From a virus (lineage: Duplodnaviria; Caudoviricetes): a stretch of 52,509 nucleotides of DNA. How positions within the stretch are numbered: position 1 is the first letter of the stretch; each line of letters starts with the position of its first letter. The stretch covers positions 1 to 52,509 of the IMG/VR virus record IMGVR_UViG_3300009124_000019; one strand, written 5' to 3'. The position numbers were made by a program, and so were the translations under genes. Shown in pieces: positions 10,001-19,363 of this stretch. The notes under the pieces were generated by a model. It had not been told where the DNA came from and did not search any database. It saw nothing but the letters and a program-made list of their open reading frames with translations.

Positions 10001-13000
10001 GAGGACTTAGTAAGCTCAATAACCTTAGGTGTGATGTAGTTAGTAACATTAACGCCATCGAAGAATAAATACATTCTTGTGCGAGGCTTGAGACGGTCGA
10101 TGTTGAAACTGATGTTTCTAGATCTAATCCAGGGGATTGCTGTTTGTGACAGAATCGTATCACCCAAAGACTTTCTATCAATCTTGGGAGTAACGCGAGT
10201 TCTCACACCTTGACGTGCCTGGTTATTAACAACACGGTAGGTGCGTCTCTCGTGGATAAACAGAGGTTGACGACCTTGCCCGTGACCCAATCTACCAAGT
10301 CTACGACCACCAGAAGCGAAACTACCAGATCTGTTAGAGAATCTAGAAGTAGACTGCAACGATTCGCCAGTCCAGTTAGTCTGCCAACCACCCCATTGGA
10401 GAGGAGCAAAACCATTCTGGTCAATCTGAAGGTCTCTAGCAACAGCAGAGAAGTCACCTTCAACGTTTTCAACACGAGCAGGAAGACGCTCGATATCAAT
10501 CCAGTCGTCAGATGCAGGTGTCAGGTCAATACGACCAATGAATGTAAACACGTTGAATGGGTTAACATTCTCAGTCCTAGATGCATAGGGTTGTGTGATA
10601 ATTGCCAGATCTTCATAAGGCAGCATCACCATATTGCCAGAAGTCCTTACAACATTGTTAGAACCTGACAGGTTGAATTCCAAAGGCACATTAGTAGTGA
10701 AGTGCGAAGGACGGAGGTGACCCTCTTTGAAGTCCATGGAGCACTTATAGTCAATGTTGAGCACGTCACCAACAGTGTGGTCGGTGAAGTCATCCACAAC
10801 ATAACCATTCTTCAGACGGTCGAAACCGTTGTCATCGTATGTCTTAGTGTTGTCTGCTTGTACTTCCAGCAGAGACAGAGAAGTATAGTATTCAACGTGA
10901 GCGAGTCTGGACTCCAGATCGCCAATATCCTTCATGGTATAGCGACGGATAATCTCAGGATAAACCAAGATATCACGCTCAACGTCATAGACATAAGGAC
11001 GCATCTCGATACTAGCGAGAAGCATTGCATTCTCAACCTTATCGGGATATGGTAGATCCTCGGAGGAAACACCTTGGACAACCTTAAGTTTGTTGTCGTG
11101 TGTTAGATACAACTTGTCTGCTCTAGGCAGATAGAAGCAATAGTCTGCTCTAAATTCCGTGTTGACTTTAGGCACATCGAAGATGGTAGATCCACCTTGA
11201 CCACCAGAGGTGTCAAACTGTCTAGCACCAAAATCAAGAGAAGCACAATTCACAAAGAAAGGTGCAGTGACGGTGCCATTACCAGATGCCAATTCTCCGA
11301 TAGCAGGACGGAAGTCAACCTGATCTCTCAGATAGTTAATAGATCCATCCAGTTTGTACTTAGGAATCTCCTTATAAAGGATACCAGTGTAGGATTGTGA
11401 GGAGAAGTAGTCACCTGAAGACTCGTGTAGGAAGTAATCAAAAACGACCAGGAGTTTACGAATAGGAGGTGTAAACCCAGGAAGACGAGACATCTTACAC
11501 ACATCATAGAAGTGCGACTTCTGACCAGACTCCAACTCAAACTGAGTTGTGATGACTTTAGATCCCTGAGAAACAGATCCGTCTGAGTCATCAATAATTG
11601 CTGTAAGGGGAATGTTGTCATCATCAACACCATCAATAATCTCACCAGGGAGGAATGGTGTTTCGTTGAGTGCAACAAAGTACAGTCTCAGTGTGCTGTT
11701 AATAAACTGGATAACTCGTCCACGAGCACCAGAAGTCCTACCTACAACAACTGATCCATTATCAAAGAATGTAGATTCTGAAAGTACCAAGTATGGAGAC
11801 TCAGCATCTAGATCATCTTCAGACTCATACACAGCATGAATCTTATAGACATCATTCAGTGCGAATGAAATCTCTTCGTCTTCAATACGGGTGCCATACA
11901 GGTTACCATATGCCAAACCATACTTTTGCTGGTCATTGTTATTACGAGTCCTTACGACTTTCAATGCACGCATCTTAGCGGCAGTCTTAATCTTTCTGGT
12001 AACCACATTCTTAGAAACCAGAGCAGTCAGTTTGACAGTAGTAACACCAGTCAGGTTAGAAATAGTAATCGACTGTGCATCAGCACCGAAAGTAACTGTC
12101 AGTGTGCCTGCTTCATTCAAGGCATCAATATCGAGGTTATCACCAACGCTATATGCAGATCCAGACTCAGCAACAATCGTCAAGACATAGTTTTCGTTGT
12201 CCAGAGTTGCAAACTGCTCCGACTCAGGCAGAGACACAGTAACACCACCAGACACAACGGTCTTATTGGCGAATGTCCTATAGACGAAGAAGGATTCATC
12301 AGAGATCGACTTCATCGATGTGCGAGGTGCGTCAATAGACAACTCACCATTCTGATAGTCTTTCTGGAAGATGAAAGGACGCATCCTTACCATCTCAGCA
12401 TACTCACCGTCTGATACTGTGCCCTTAGTCAGAGTAGTATCAATCTCAGCATGTTGAGTAAGATAATCGAAGATAGTACTTGAGGTGCCTGTTGCTGCAT
12501 TACCAGGTTGAGTGGCAATTGCACTTTGCTGGACTCTCTTAATTCTGAGAGTATTATTACCTTGAAGATCACTGTTAGTAGTAGTGACCACATCACCAGG
12601 ACGAAGGTCTTGTGCAAACTTGGTGCGGAAACCTTCGAGTCTTTGGTTGGTTGCAGAATCAACAGTAACAGTAGAAGACTCAATAGCAAACAAGTCATTG
12701 AGCAACCAGTTTGCTGCAAATGTTACCTGACTACTGCTATTTCTACCCAGGCAACGGCGGACATCGGACAGGTTATAAGAGTGTGCTGCTTCCAGTGTGC
12801 CGATAACACGACCATCTCTCTCAACAACTTCACCGTTAATAAAGACACCAGATACCTGCTCAATCAAACAGTATGTGCCAGTGCCAGCATCTGCAACGAA
12901 ACCACGAGCACCAGAAGTCCTACCTCTAAGTACATCACCAACAATAACTGAGTTATTTCCTGCTGCGAAGTTGATGGCAGTAAACATCTGTGGGTCAAAA

Positions 13001-14382
13001 AACCACATGTCATACTGATTACTAGTATCAAGTTGGATCTGTGCAACGCGAGCACGACCGATCATGTTACCAACAACAGAATTGGAAGTGCCGATATTCC
13101 AATCGTCATACAATTCGATAACTTGATATGCATCGGTCACACCTTCACCAGTCAGGTTTGCCCAACCGTACATATCATAGACCTTGACAAAGTTGCCAAG
13201 TCTGAAGTGCATGATGCCGTTTTCTACACAAGTAAAGTCTCTTGGTTTGGGGGAGTCAATAAACTGAGGCACCAGGAATTCAGTCCTGTAACCCTTAACA
13301 TATGCTCTACCAGGAGAAACTTCCAGTGAATACAGATCATCTGTTGGAGTATTGCCTTGTGCAGTTGTCTGTCCTGGACGATATACCCCATTATTGAAAC
13401 CATCGTCGAGGTTTTCTCTTGCTTTAATTGTAAATGTATCTACAACATAGTCGCCAGATTCTTCATAGGTGCGACGTGCAAGAGACTTCTCCAACTCGGA
13501 GTATGCAGTTGCGTTGACAAACTGCTCAACCTTACTATTATTGATACGAAGCAATTCAATGAAGTTTTTATCCGTTGAATCATTGATTGCTTTCTTGACC
13601 AGAGAGGTCTTAATTCTAAATCTGTGACCACCAGGTGCTGAATAGTTTGATGTGCCAGCAGCGTTATCATTCAGTGATGGATCGTCTTCTGGAGTAACAA
13701 TAGATTCGCTAACTTCCAGACCAACCCTATAAGAGGGGTTATTGCTATATTGCTCAAGGATCAGGTTTGCTGATTGGACATCAACAAAGTGACCTCTAAT
13801 AAAGTACACACCATTGTTAATGTATGCAGCAGATGCCACAGCAGTTGCATCAACAGGAAGTAACTGTCCAAATGGAGACCCAATTTCGATCAGTGTTGTG
13901 CCGAAAGTAATTTCATTTTCAGCAAGCAACTGCTCATTAGGTTGGAAACCTTTAATGGTGGTATCGGAGACTGTATCGCCAGACTCAATGTACTTAACGT
14001 ATAGAGTGACGTAACCACGCTCAGATTCTGCAGAAGAGATTGAGAAGAGGACCTTTGCCTTAATACCTGTAGTGATACCCTCAATAATCTGACCGTGCAG
14101 TTGCTCTCTATATGTTTCAACATCAACACCTAGGAAAGATTGTTGAAGGATGATTGCCTGTACATTGAGATCGTAACCGACCTGACCAGGGATGACCATC
14201 GCACCTTCTTTGAAGAAGTGCTGACCGATGGATTCAATCTGATTTTGCAGAATCGATTGGAGAGTCGTTAATTCACGAGCCTGAATAGGATACCCAGGTC
14301 TGAAAAGTACTCGGTAGAAATTCTTGTCCTTATCGAAGTCGTCGAAATAAGGAGAAATGTTTAGATTGGTATTCTGGGGCAT
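7015..14382 (-). CDS. vrlC: VrlC-like (DUF4815-type) large virion structural protein, 2455 aa
   Basis: N-term MPQNTNLNISPYFDDFDKDKNFYRVLFRPGYPIQARELTTLQSILQNQIE; RRYTMKDIGDLESRL, YDPLAQSF and VLFKSQNASTWT motifs; C-term DLRAIALA; lies after gp8. Confidence 0.88.
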   Translation of the reverse strand: MPQNTNLNISPYFDDFDKDKNFYRVLFRPGYPIQARELTTLQSILQNQIESIGQHFFKEGAMVIPGQVGYDLNVQAIILQQSFLGVDVETYREQLHGQIIEGITTGIKAKVLFSISSAESERGYVTLYVKYIESGDTVSDTTIKGFQPNEQLLAENEITFGTTLIEIGSPFGQLLPVDATAVASAAYINNGVYFIRGHFVDVQSANLILEQYSNNPSYRVGLEVSESIVTPEDDPSLNDNAAGTSNYSAPGGHRFRIKTSLVKKAINDSTDKNFIELLRINNSKVEQFVNATAYSELEKSLARRTYEESGDYVVDTFTIKARENLDDGFNNGVYRPGQTTAQGNTPTDDLYSLEVSPGRAYVKGYRTEFLVPQFIDSPKPRDFTCVENGIMHFRLGNFVKVYDMYGWANLTGEGVTDAYQVIELYDDWNIGTSNSVVGNMIGRARVAQIQLDTSNQYDMWFFDPQMFTAINFAAGNNSVIVGDVLRGRTSGARGFVADAGTGTYCLIEQVSGVFINGEVVERDGRVIGTLEAAHSYNLSDVRRCLGRNSSSQVTFAANWLLNDLFAIESSTVTVDSATNQRLEGFRTKFAQDLRPGDVVTTTNSDLQGNNTLRIKRVQQSAIATQPGNAATGTSSTIFDYLTQHAEIDTTLTKGTVSDGEYAEMVRMRPFIFQKDYQNGELSIDAPRTSMKSISDESFFVYRTFANKTVVSGGVTVSLPESEQFATLDNENYVLTIVAESGSAYSVGDNLDIDALNEAGTLTVTFGADAQSITISNLTGVTTVKLTALVSKNVVTRKIKTAAKMRALKVVRTRNNNDQQKYGLAYGNLYGTRIEDEEISFALNDVYKIHAVYESEDDLDAESPYLVLSESTFFDNGSVVVGRTSGARGRVIQFINSTLRLYFVALNETPFLPGEIIDGVDDDNIPLTAIIDDSDGSVSQGSKVITTQFELESGQKSHFYDVCKMSRLPGFTPPIRKLLVVFDYFLHESSGDYFSSQSYTGILYKEIPKYKLDGSINYLRDQVDFRPAIGELASGNGTVTAPFFVNCASLDFGARQFDTSGGQGGSTIFDVPKVNTEFRADYCFYLPRADKLYLTHDNKLKVVQGVSSEDLPYPDKVENAMLLASIEMRPYVYDVERDILVYPEIIRRYTMKDIGDLESRLAHVEYYTSLSLLEVQADNTKTYDDNGFDRLKNGYVVDDFTDHTVGDVLNIDYKCSMDFKEGHLRPSHFTTNVPLEFNLSGSNNVVRTSGNMVMLPYEDLAIITQPYASRTENVNPFNVFTFIGRIDLTPASDDWIDIERLPARVENVEGDFSAVARDLQIDQNGFAPLQWGGWQTNWTGESLQSTSRFSNRSGSFASGGRRLGRLGHGQGRQPLFIHERRTYRVVNNQARQGVRTRVTPKIDRKSLGDTILSQTAIPWIRSRNISFNIDRLKPRTRMYLFFDGVNVTNYITPKVIELTKSSTQDPNTNETPFVVGETVIGETSGCQLKVAAPDDGYKTDPYGQGEAQLAASYASQTSYLNIDIQSLAETVSPDFFGNVNVGEVLIGQTSGARAVVRDRRLLSDNIGNLQGTLFIPSPKNDSNPRWATGTRTVRVTTSPTNDKTPGNVDSSADTSYSASGTLRTVRENILAVRNAEIVRDTVNDERTVITTRTEERQIGWYDPLAQSFIVDEEGGVYLTGVDVFFRTKDANIPISIQIRTMENGYPTKDILPFSDTTIDPDIVELSENASIPTRFTFRSPVYIKSSIEYCFVLLSDSNEYNVWISRMGDIDVSGTRTISEQPYAGVLFKSQNASTWTADQYEDLKFTMYRAQFTQSLGTALFNNGTLGRGNGGIHTLIENPIQTIKPKQTLQLPVGTNNEFTVGARIIQNPSGASGTVQAFDATKDPEEITITDIEGNWSAGFLDANGNAFQGIASSQSVATIVLSAIFNGTFEVGDEVSGSGSAATGIVTEYNTGTQTLTLNYISKAYDAADTLSEPGGTSATITSITYSGDTYNIYPTQAPSFPSDDKEILIYHRNHGMHQRSNNVEITNVKSEVPSTTLTTSLSAGATSIQVQDASSFHQIIGGSQIGNLNPGYLLIRSLRPLTGLPSQSNSVEIIKYSGISTNGQVLTVAASGRGADGTADISHPAGAIVECYNLDGIPLTEINKVHQSLECPWIDTYMLQVEHVATNGIRGGGTKCLASQNVQFETLTPTISTMVLPDTDITARVNTTTSTSVSDGGGEGASSPRDQNSFINNGTFVDVVLNEVNQFTSPQMVCSKINEENKLDGNKSLTMAIQLASDKPTLSPCIDLDRTSLITTTNRINDWPGGASVYGQQSQIDRTQDVSLNPYGDQNDAVYITRLARLGREARSLKIDFQVTRHPATELRIYYKAFKVGDATDPNTIGWTQMGLPTSNQNLGEAYDTTPTEEYLWKDYTYEARGLNFNAFQVKIVMKSRNQARVPLIADLRAIALAT

Positions 14383-14385
14383 CGT

Positions 14386-15921
14386 TTAGAACTCTACTAC
14401 GATCTTAATGTCTTCGATTTGGTCACCAGCACGAGTGATCGCGCCTCTATTATCTATGTAGATAACTTCTCCCGAGTTGGGTTGGACTTCTGGTCTTGCA
14501 TATCCATTTGTGAAGGACATACCCAAGTCATACTCAGTGTTATTGATAACACGAGTTGATGTGCCAGAAATGATTGGGAAGTTAATGTCGGGGTCTGCAG
14601 ATGCACCAGAGGTTGCACCTACAACGGGGTTACCACCCTCAAACTCAATCAAACTACCAGTGAATTCAGGGAAGATACCGTCAACTCTATTCTGGTAATA
14701 CTTGAGCACCTTAGTGGTGCTATTCCAAGAGATTACACGTCCACGAGCAGTCACTTGCTGACCACCAATTGTGCGAGACTGTGTAATGATCTCGTCGGTT
14801 TGGAAGTTACCTGTAAACGTAGGAGCAAAGATAACTGCCTTAGTAGCAGACAACGTAAGGTCTGCTGCCAATTCTGTTGTGCCGAATTTGTATGGGTTAA
14901 TCACTAGACCAATACGACGGTAGTCGTTATCGGTTGGGAAGTCACCACTACCCTCAGCGTAGGTAAACTTGGTGTTGATCATCACTCGGAAACCACCCAT
15001 CTCAGTGGTAGGCTCAGCACCATGACCAATTACAGGAGGAATGACAACCTCTACGGTGCCACCTGTGCCTGTGCCTGCTCCGATACCGTTGACTTCATCG
15101 ATGATGACTTTTCCGAAGGTGTATCCCGATCCGCCTGAGGTAACAGTAGCATTAACGATGCGCCCACCATCAACAACAAGCGAAACACGCCCGCCAGTGC
15201 CATCACCTTTAATGGGGACATTTTCATAAGTGCCATTGTTATAACCAGCTCCAGAAGATGAAATAATAACAGTATCAATCTCACCACCGATTGCATCGGA
15301 CACCACAGCAGTGTCACTCAGCACAGGCATGTACTCGTTGGAGAAGAATTTCAGGACGAGACCCACAGGGATCGTATACATATACTTCCAACGATAACCG
15401 TCAGCAGTGGTAATAATAGAAGTTGAAGTACCCGTAGGCTCAACAGTAGAAGGCTTACCGTTAGGATCACTAGGGGATGTCCCGTTATAGATGCACTTAT
15501 AGACTTGATACGATGAGTTAACAACGTAAAAGTCTGCATCATAAAGTTTGGTAGCACCAGAAGACGCGGTTTTAGTTGCGCTATAGTCATGACGATACAT
15601 ATCGTAAACATAACCCAAGCCACCAGTGGTTTGCTCAGGAGGAGTCCAGTCAATACGTCTAATAACTTGAATGGTGTCATTCGCCAACACTCGTTTCATT
15701 GATATCATGTCGGCAAAGTCATCCGAAAATTCCTGGAAGGAATCAACGGGATCAGGCGCTGCATTTTCATTGTCCCAAGGTTGTGGACGACCGATGAAAA
15801 CATACAGTCGATCACGATCACTACCAGCATCAACGTCAGACTGTGCAGGGTCGGGACCTTGCAGAGACTTAATAAGTCGGTTGGCAGTGAAAATTCTAAA
15901 TTGGTCGGTTAGTAGCGCCAT
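14386..15921 (-). CDS. gp8: Baseplate wedge subunit gp8
   Basis: LYVFIGRPQPW, YDMYRHDY, FYVVNSSYQVYKCIYN, DGYRWKYMYTI and C-term NSGEVIYIDNR...QIEDIKIVVEF. Confidence 0.92.
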   Translation of the reverse strand: MALLTDQFRIFTANRLIKSLQGPDPAQSDVDAGSDRDRLYVFIGRPQPWDNENAAPDPVDSFQEFSDDFADMISMKRVLANDTIQVIRRIDWTPPEQTTGGLGYVYDMYRHDYSATKTASSGATKLYDADFYVVNSSYQVYKCIYNGTSPSDPNGKPSTVEPTGTSTSIITTADGYRWKYMYTIPVGLVLKFFSNEYMPVLSDTAVVSDAIGGEIDTVIISSSGAGYNNGTYENVPIKGDGTGGRVSLVVDGGRIVNATVTSGGSGYTFGKVIIDEVNGIGAGTGTGGTVEVVIPPVIGHGAEPTTEMGGFRVMINTKFTYAEGSGDFPTDNDYRRIGLVINPYKFGTTELAADLTLSATKAVIFAPTFTGNFQTDEIITQSRTIGGQQVTARGRVISWNSTTKVLKYYQNRVDGIFPEFTGSLIEFEGGNPVVGATSGASADPDINFPIISGTSTRVINNTEYDLGMSFTNGYARPEVQPNSGEVIYIDNRGAITRAGDQIEDIKIVVEF

Positions 15922-15945
15922 TTTAAGCCAATTCTTTTATAGATT

Positions 15946-15952
15946 TATTTAT
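15946..15952 (-). promoter_or_regulatory. Late promoter (ATAAATA) for gp8
   Basis: Intergenic cATAAATA about 25 nt upstream of the gp8 ATG. Confidence 0.75.
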
Positions 15953-15960
15953 GAGGATTA

Positions 15961-17847
15961 TTACTCCCCTTCATTACGAAGGAAGTTGTTGTATGCAACA
16001 GAGATAATAGTTGCTTCTCCACCACTGGTTTGACCCTGCAGAGTCTCTCCAACTGTGAATAGGAAGTTGGGATCATTACTGGTAATATCTTTTACCGATA
16101 ATGTATACTGTCCTTCCTTAGGACCAGTAACTCTAGATACAGTTGTTGCTCCAACTCCAGAAGTTTGACCTGTCAACACTTCTTCTCCACCTGCACCAGG
16201 CACACTGAAGAATACTGCATTGTTATAGGTAATAACGATATCAGCAGTTGCAACGTGTGCATCGCCGTCTCCAAGAGCACCTGCGGACTGTACAGTAGCA
16301 ACCAGTTGGTTTAGACTACCATCATAGATCTGATCACCGATTTGGAAGAGAGTAGTATTGGTGCCACCAAGTGTCTCCTCAATACCAAATTTAGATGATG
16401 AAATACCACCATCCAAATTGACTTGGTTTTCAAACTCAGTCCCAGCATTGAGAAGGTCTGGAATACCATCGCCATATTGAGTGTCACCATTTTCATCCAG
16501 ATATTCTTCATCATCATCTTCAAACTTTCTATTCTGAATGATGCTGAAAGGTAAGGTGAATGCAACGATATCGTCACCTTCAGATTCGACTAATGTATGT
16601 GGTGCAACACCAGTAGCAGAAGATCCAGATGTACCTGCAAAGAATGCAATGATTTGAGACTTCTCACCAGATCTACCACCATCGATGAATGCCAATTCAT
16701 CAACTTGGAATGTCAGATACAGTGCTCTCTCAACAGGATCCCAGTCATAAACAATAGCGACTCGGTTGCTAGCATTTTCAACAACTCTTCTTACCTTATC
16801 GGTAACGGAAAACTGATAGTTTGTAAGACCTGTAGAGGAATCATCTTGAAGTGTATCGAGGATGACCTTCTGATCAAATCTAAAGTTAACACCTCTATCA
16901 CATCCAGTAAAAGAATTCGCAGTCTTTCCTGTATATCTGACAATCTCTCTGCCGAGAAGGACCTTACCTGATCCAGGATATGGTGTAGTTGATTCAACAT
17001 AAATTGTCTCATCACCACTTCCAACGTTGGCGAGAATACCTGAGAGGTTGTAAAGTACTGAGTTGAGAGACTGACGATTTCTTGCAGTCCTAATTAGGTT
17101 AGTGTCTCTAGTAAAAATAACCTGAGGGTCATTGACATAACCACTACCAGGAGTTAGGAGATCAATCGTAGTGATAGATCCAAGGTTAATAAATGCTTCT
17201 GCTGTAGCACCAGATCCACCGCCACCGATGATTTGAATCAGAGGAGGATCTTCAAAGAATTCACCAGAGTTGGTTAGGGTAATACTGGTAACTTGTCCAA
17301 ACGGATTAACACCAGCAACACCAGTAGCACCATCACCGCCACCACCACTAATGATGATGTTGACATCTTCTTCGGTATAATTTTTACCAAATTGCTCAAT
17401 AGCAAGACCAGTTACAAGACCAGTGATTGGGACCAACTCAGATCCAGATCCACCACCACCTTTAATCTCCGCTTCAGCATCAAAGTAATCATCACCAAAT
17501 TGCGTCATCTGGAGGAAATCAACAGCACCAGTGCCATCATTCTTTAGGAAGATCTTAGCGTCTGCTGGTGCTGAGCTACCATCATCTGTAATTTCTAATC
17601 GGAGAGGATCATACCCCTCACCTGGATCAAGTACTTCTACTGCAGTGATCTCACCAAGATCGCCTTCGATGACTGCTCTAAGGACTGCCTCTCTAATAGG
17701 TGTGCCACAATTGCCAACACGAAGTCTAGGTGGATCATTGGGGTCATACCCAGATCCAGGATTTGTGACATATACTTCCCTTACACCAAAGATACTATTG
17801 AAGAGGGGAAATATCTGAGCACCACTACCAGGGACTGTTCTTACCAT
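15961..17847 (-). CDS. Virion structural protein with Gly-rich (PGSGY...P.V.I.GGGG.GA.A) repeats, 628 aa
   Basis: Same repeat family as in the gp7-like protein and gp8; start overlaps the stop of the upstream gene (TAATG). Confidence 0.85.
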   Translation of the reverse strand: MVRTVPGSGAQIFPLFNSIFGVREVYVTNPGSGYDPNDPPRLRVGNCGTPIREAVLRAVIEGDLGEITAVEVLDPGEGYDPLRLEITDDGSSAPADAKIFLKNDGTGAVDFLQMTQFGDDYFDAEAEIKGGGGSGSELVPITGLVTGLAIEQFGKNYTEEDVNIIISGGGGDGATGVAGVNPFGQVTSITLTNSGEFFEDPPLIQIIGGGGSGATAEAFINLGSITTIDLLTPGSGYVNDPQVIFTRDTNLIRTARNRQSLNSVLYNLSGILANVGSGDETIYVESTTPYPGSGKVLLGREIVRYTGKTANSFTGCDRGVNFRFDQKVILDTLQDDSSTGLTNYQFSVTDKVRRVVENASNRVAIVYDWDPVERALYLTFQVDELAFIDGGRSGEKSQIIAFFAGTSGSSATGVAPHTLVESEGDDIVAFTLPFSIIQNRKFEDDDEEYLDENGDTQYGDGIPDLLNAGTEFENQVNLDGGISSSKFGIEETLGGTNTTLFQIGDQIYDGSLNQLVATVQSAGALGDGDAHVATADIVITYNNAVFFSVPGAGGEEVLTGQTSGVGATTVSRVTGPKEGQYTLSVKDITSNDPNFLFTVGETLQGQTSGGEATIISVAYNNFLRNEGE

Positions 17848-19334
17848 TAGACAACTACGAGATTACCAACCATGCCAGAGTGAATTGTGCATTGATACAC
17901 ATATGTTGTGCCTGCTGCAAGAGACATAGGCACAGTCCAATATTGGACACCTTCTTGTGATCCAGTCACACCAGCGGTTACGGCAGATCCACCACTTGTC
18001 TGTCTCAGAGCAAATGGGTGACCACCACCAGTAGTATTATTAAACCTATATGTGAAACCACGATAAACGTAGATCGTTGGGTTTCCACTTCCACTCCATC
18101 CATTGTTGTTGAAGTTATATCCAGAGACTGTGTTTCCAGAGATCTCAAAACCAACAGCAGCAGATGCAACCGCTTCAATTTCACCGCTTGTATTAGTGAT
18201 GAAACTCTGATTCTCTGACAGAGACTGACCAGAAGCAAGATATAATTCAGCAGCAACACTAAGTGTGCTACCAGAAACAGATGTAGTAATACCGTTTCCA
18301 CCAGCAATAGTTGCCGATGCTTCAGTAGATCCAGCAACTATTGATCCACTGTCTCCGTTGATTGCACCAAAGATATTCTGGTCAGCGTTGGGAGAATCGT
18401 TGGTAACTGTTAGATTAGTACCAGAAATAGCAGTGGAGATCCCAGCACCGCCAACAATATTGATAGTAGAAGAAGCACTACTAGCCGTCGATGATCCCGA
18501 ATCAGATCCGATAGTAGAGAAGAGATTTTGGTCAGGATCACCTAATGCCCCCGTCATGTTGATGGTTACAGTATCGCCAGAAATAGCAGTAGCGATATTT
18601 GTGCCACCAGCGATAGTCAAGACATCAGTAGCAGCAGATGCTGTAGTCTGACCACTGTCGGCATTGATAGTTTCAAACAAGTTTTGAGTGGTGCCACCAC
18701 CACCGCCACCTTCATTTAGATCATTAGCAGGTTCCCATGCTGAATTGGTAGCATTCCACTTAAGTACTTGACCTTCGGAAGGACCACCACCAGCTGTCAT
18801 GTCAACATCGGTTAAGTCACCAACAGAAGACCCAGTATCGATAAGTTGTGTCCATGCTCCATTATGGGCAAAGTAACCATGATTTTCAGCATGTACATGA
18901 GCAAACATTCCATGATGGGTAGATGCATCGGGAAGATCACCTATAGCATCGAAGTGATTTGAATACTTTAATTTGCCATCTGTGCCATCAATATATGTAA
19001 GAGGACTACCAGTGCCCCCACCCCAGAATCTAATGTTGCCACTACCATTTGGTTGGATAGTAATATCACCATTTGATTCTGAGACAATCTTGAATGTTGA
19101 GACATTCAAATCTGCACTCAGAGTGTCAAAGTGTGCCTCAGTAAACTGAGTGCCAGACCATTTAAGCACCTGACCAGAAGCTGGAGTGCCTACATTCACC
19201 AACAGATTGGTATCATTACCAAGAGAGGTGTAGATCTCGTCAATGACACTATTGAGTTTAATTGCACCGTCCCTGAGACTATCTCCAGTCCCGTCATTTG
19301 CTGACGATCCAATATTAAGATTTTGCTTTGCCAT
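17847..19334 (-). CDS. gp9: Baseplate wedge tail-fibre connector (gp9/gp10-like N-terminus) with C-terminal cupredoxin-like domain, 495 aa
   Basis: MAKQNLNIGSSANDGTGDSLRDGAIKLNSVIDEIY is the T4 gp9/10-type N-terminus; three QNLF.TI..DSG repeats; C-term GHPF...YVYQCTIHSGMVG. Confidence 0.8.
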   Translation of the reverse strand: MAKQNLNIGSSANDGTGDSLRDGAIKLNSVIDEIYTSLGNDTNLLVNVGTPASGQVLKWSGTQFTEAHFDTLSADLNVSTFKIVSESNGDITIQPNGSGNIRFWGGGTGSPLTYIDGTDGKLKYSNHFDAIGDLPDASTHHGMFAHVHAENHGYFAHNGAWTQLIDTGSSVGDLTDVDMTAGGGPSEGQVLKWNATNSAWEPANDLNEGGGGGGTTQNLFETINADSGQTTASAATDVLTIAGGTNIATAISGDTVTINMTGALGDPDQNLFSTIGSDSGSSTASSASSTINIVGGAGISTAISGTNLTVTNDSPNADQNIFGAINGDSGSIVAGSTEASATIAGGNGITTSVSGSTLSVAAELYLASGQSLSENQSFITNTSGEIEAVASAAVGFEISGNTVSGYNFNNNGWSGSGNPTIYVYRGFTYRFNNTTGGGHPFALRQTSGGSAVTAGVTGSQEGVQYWTVPMSLAAGTTYVYQCTIHSGMVGNLVVV

Positions 19335-19356
19335 GGTGGGGGATTTTCTACAGTTT

Positions 19357-19363
19357 TATTTAG
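19357..19363 (-). promoter_or_regulatory. Late promoter variant (CTAAATA) for the gp9-like gene
   Basis: Overlaps the upstream stop codon, about 23 nt before the ATG. Confidence 0.6.
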
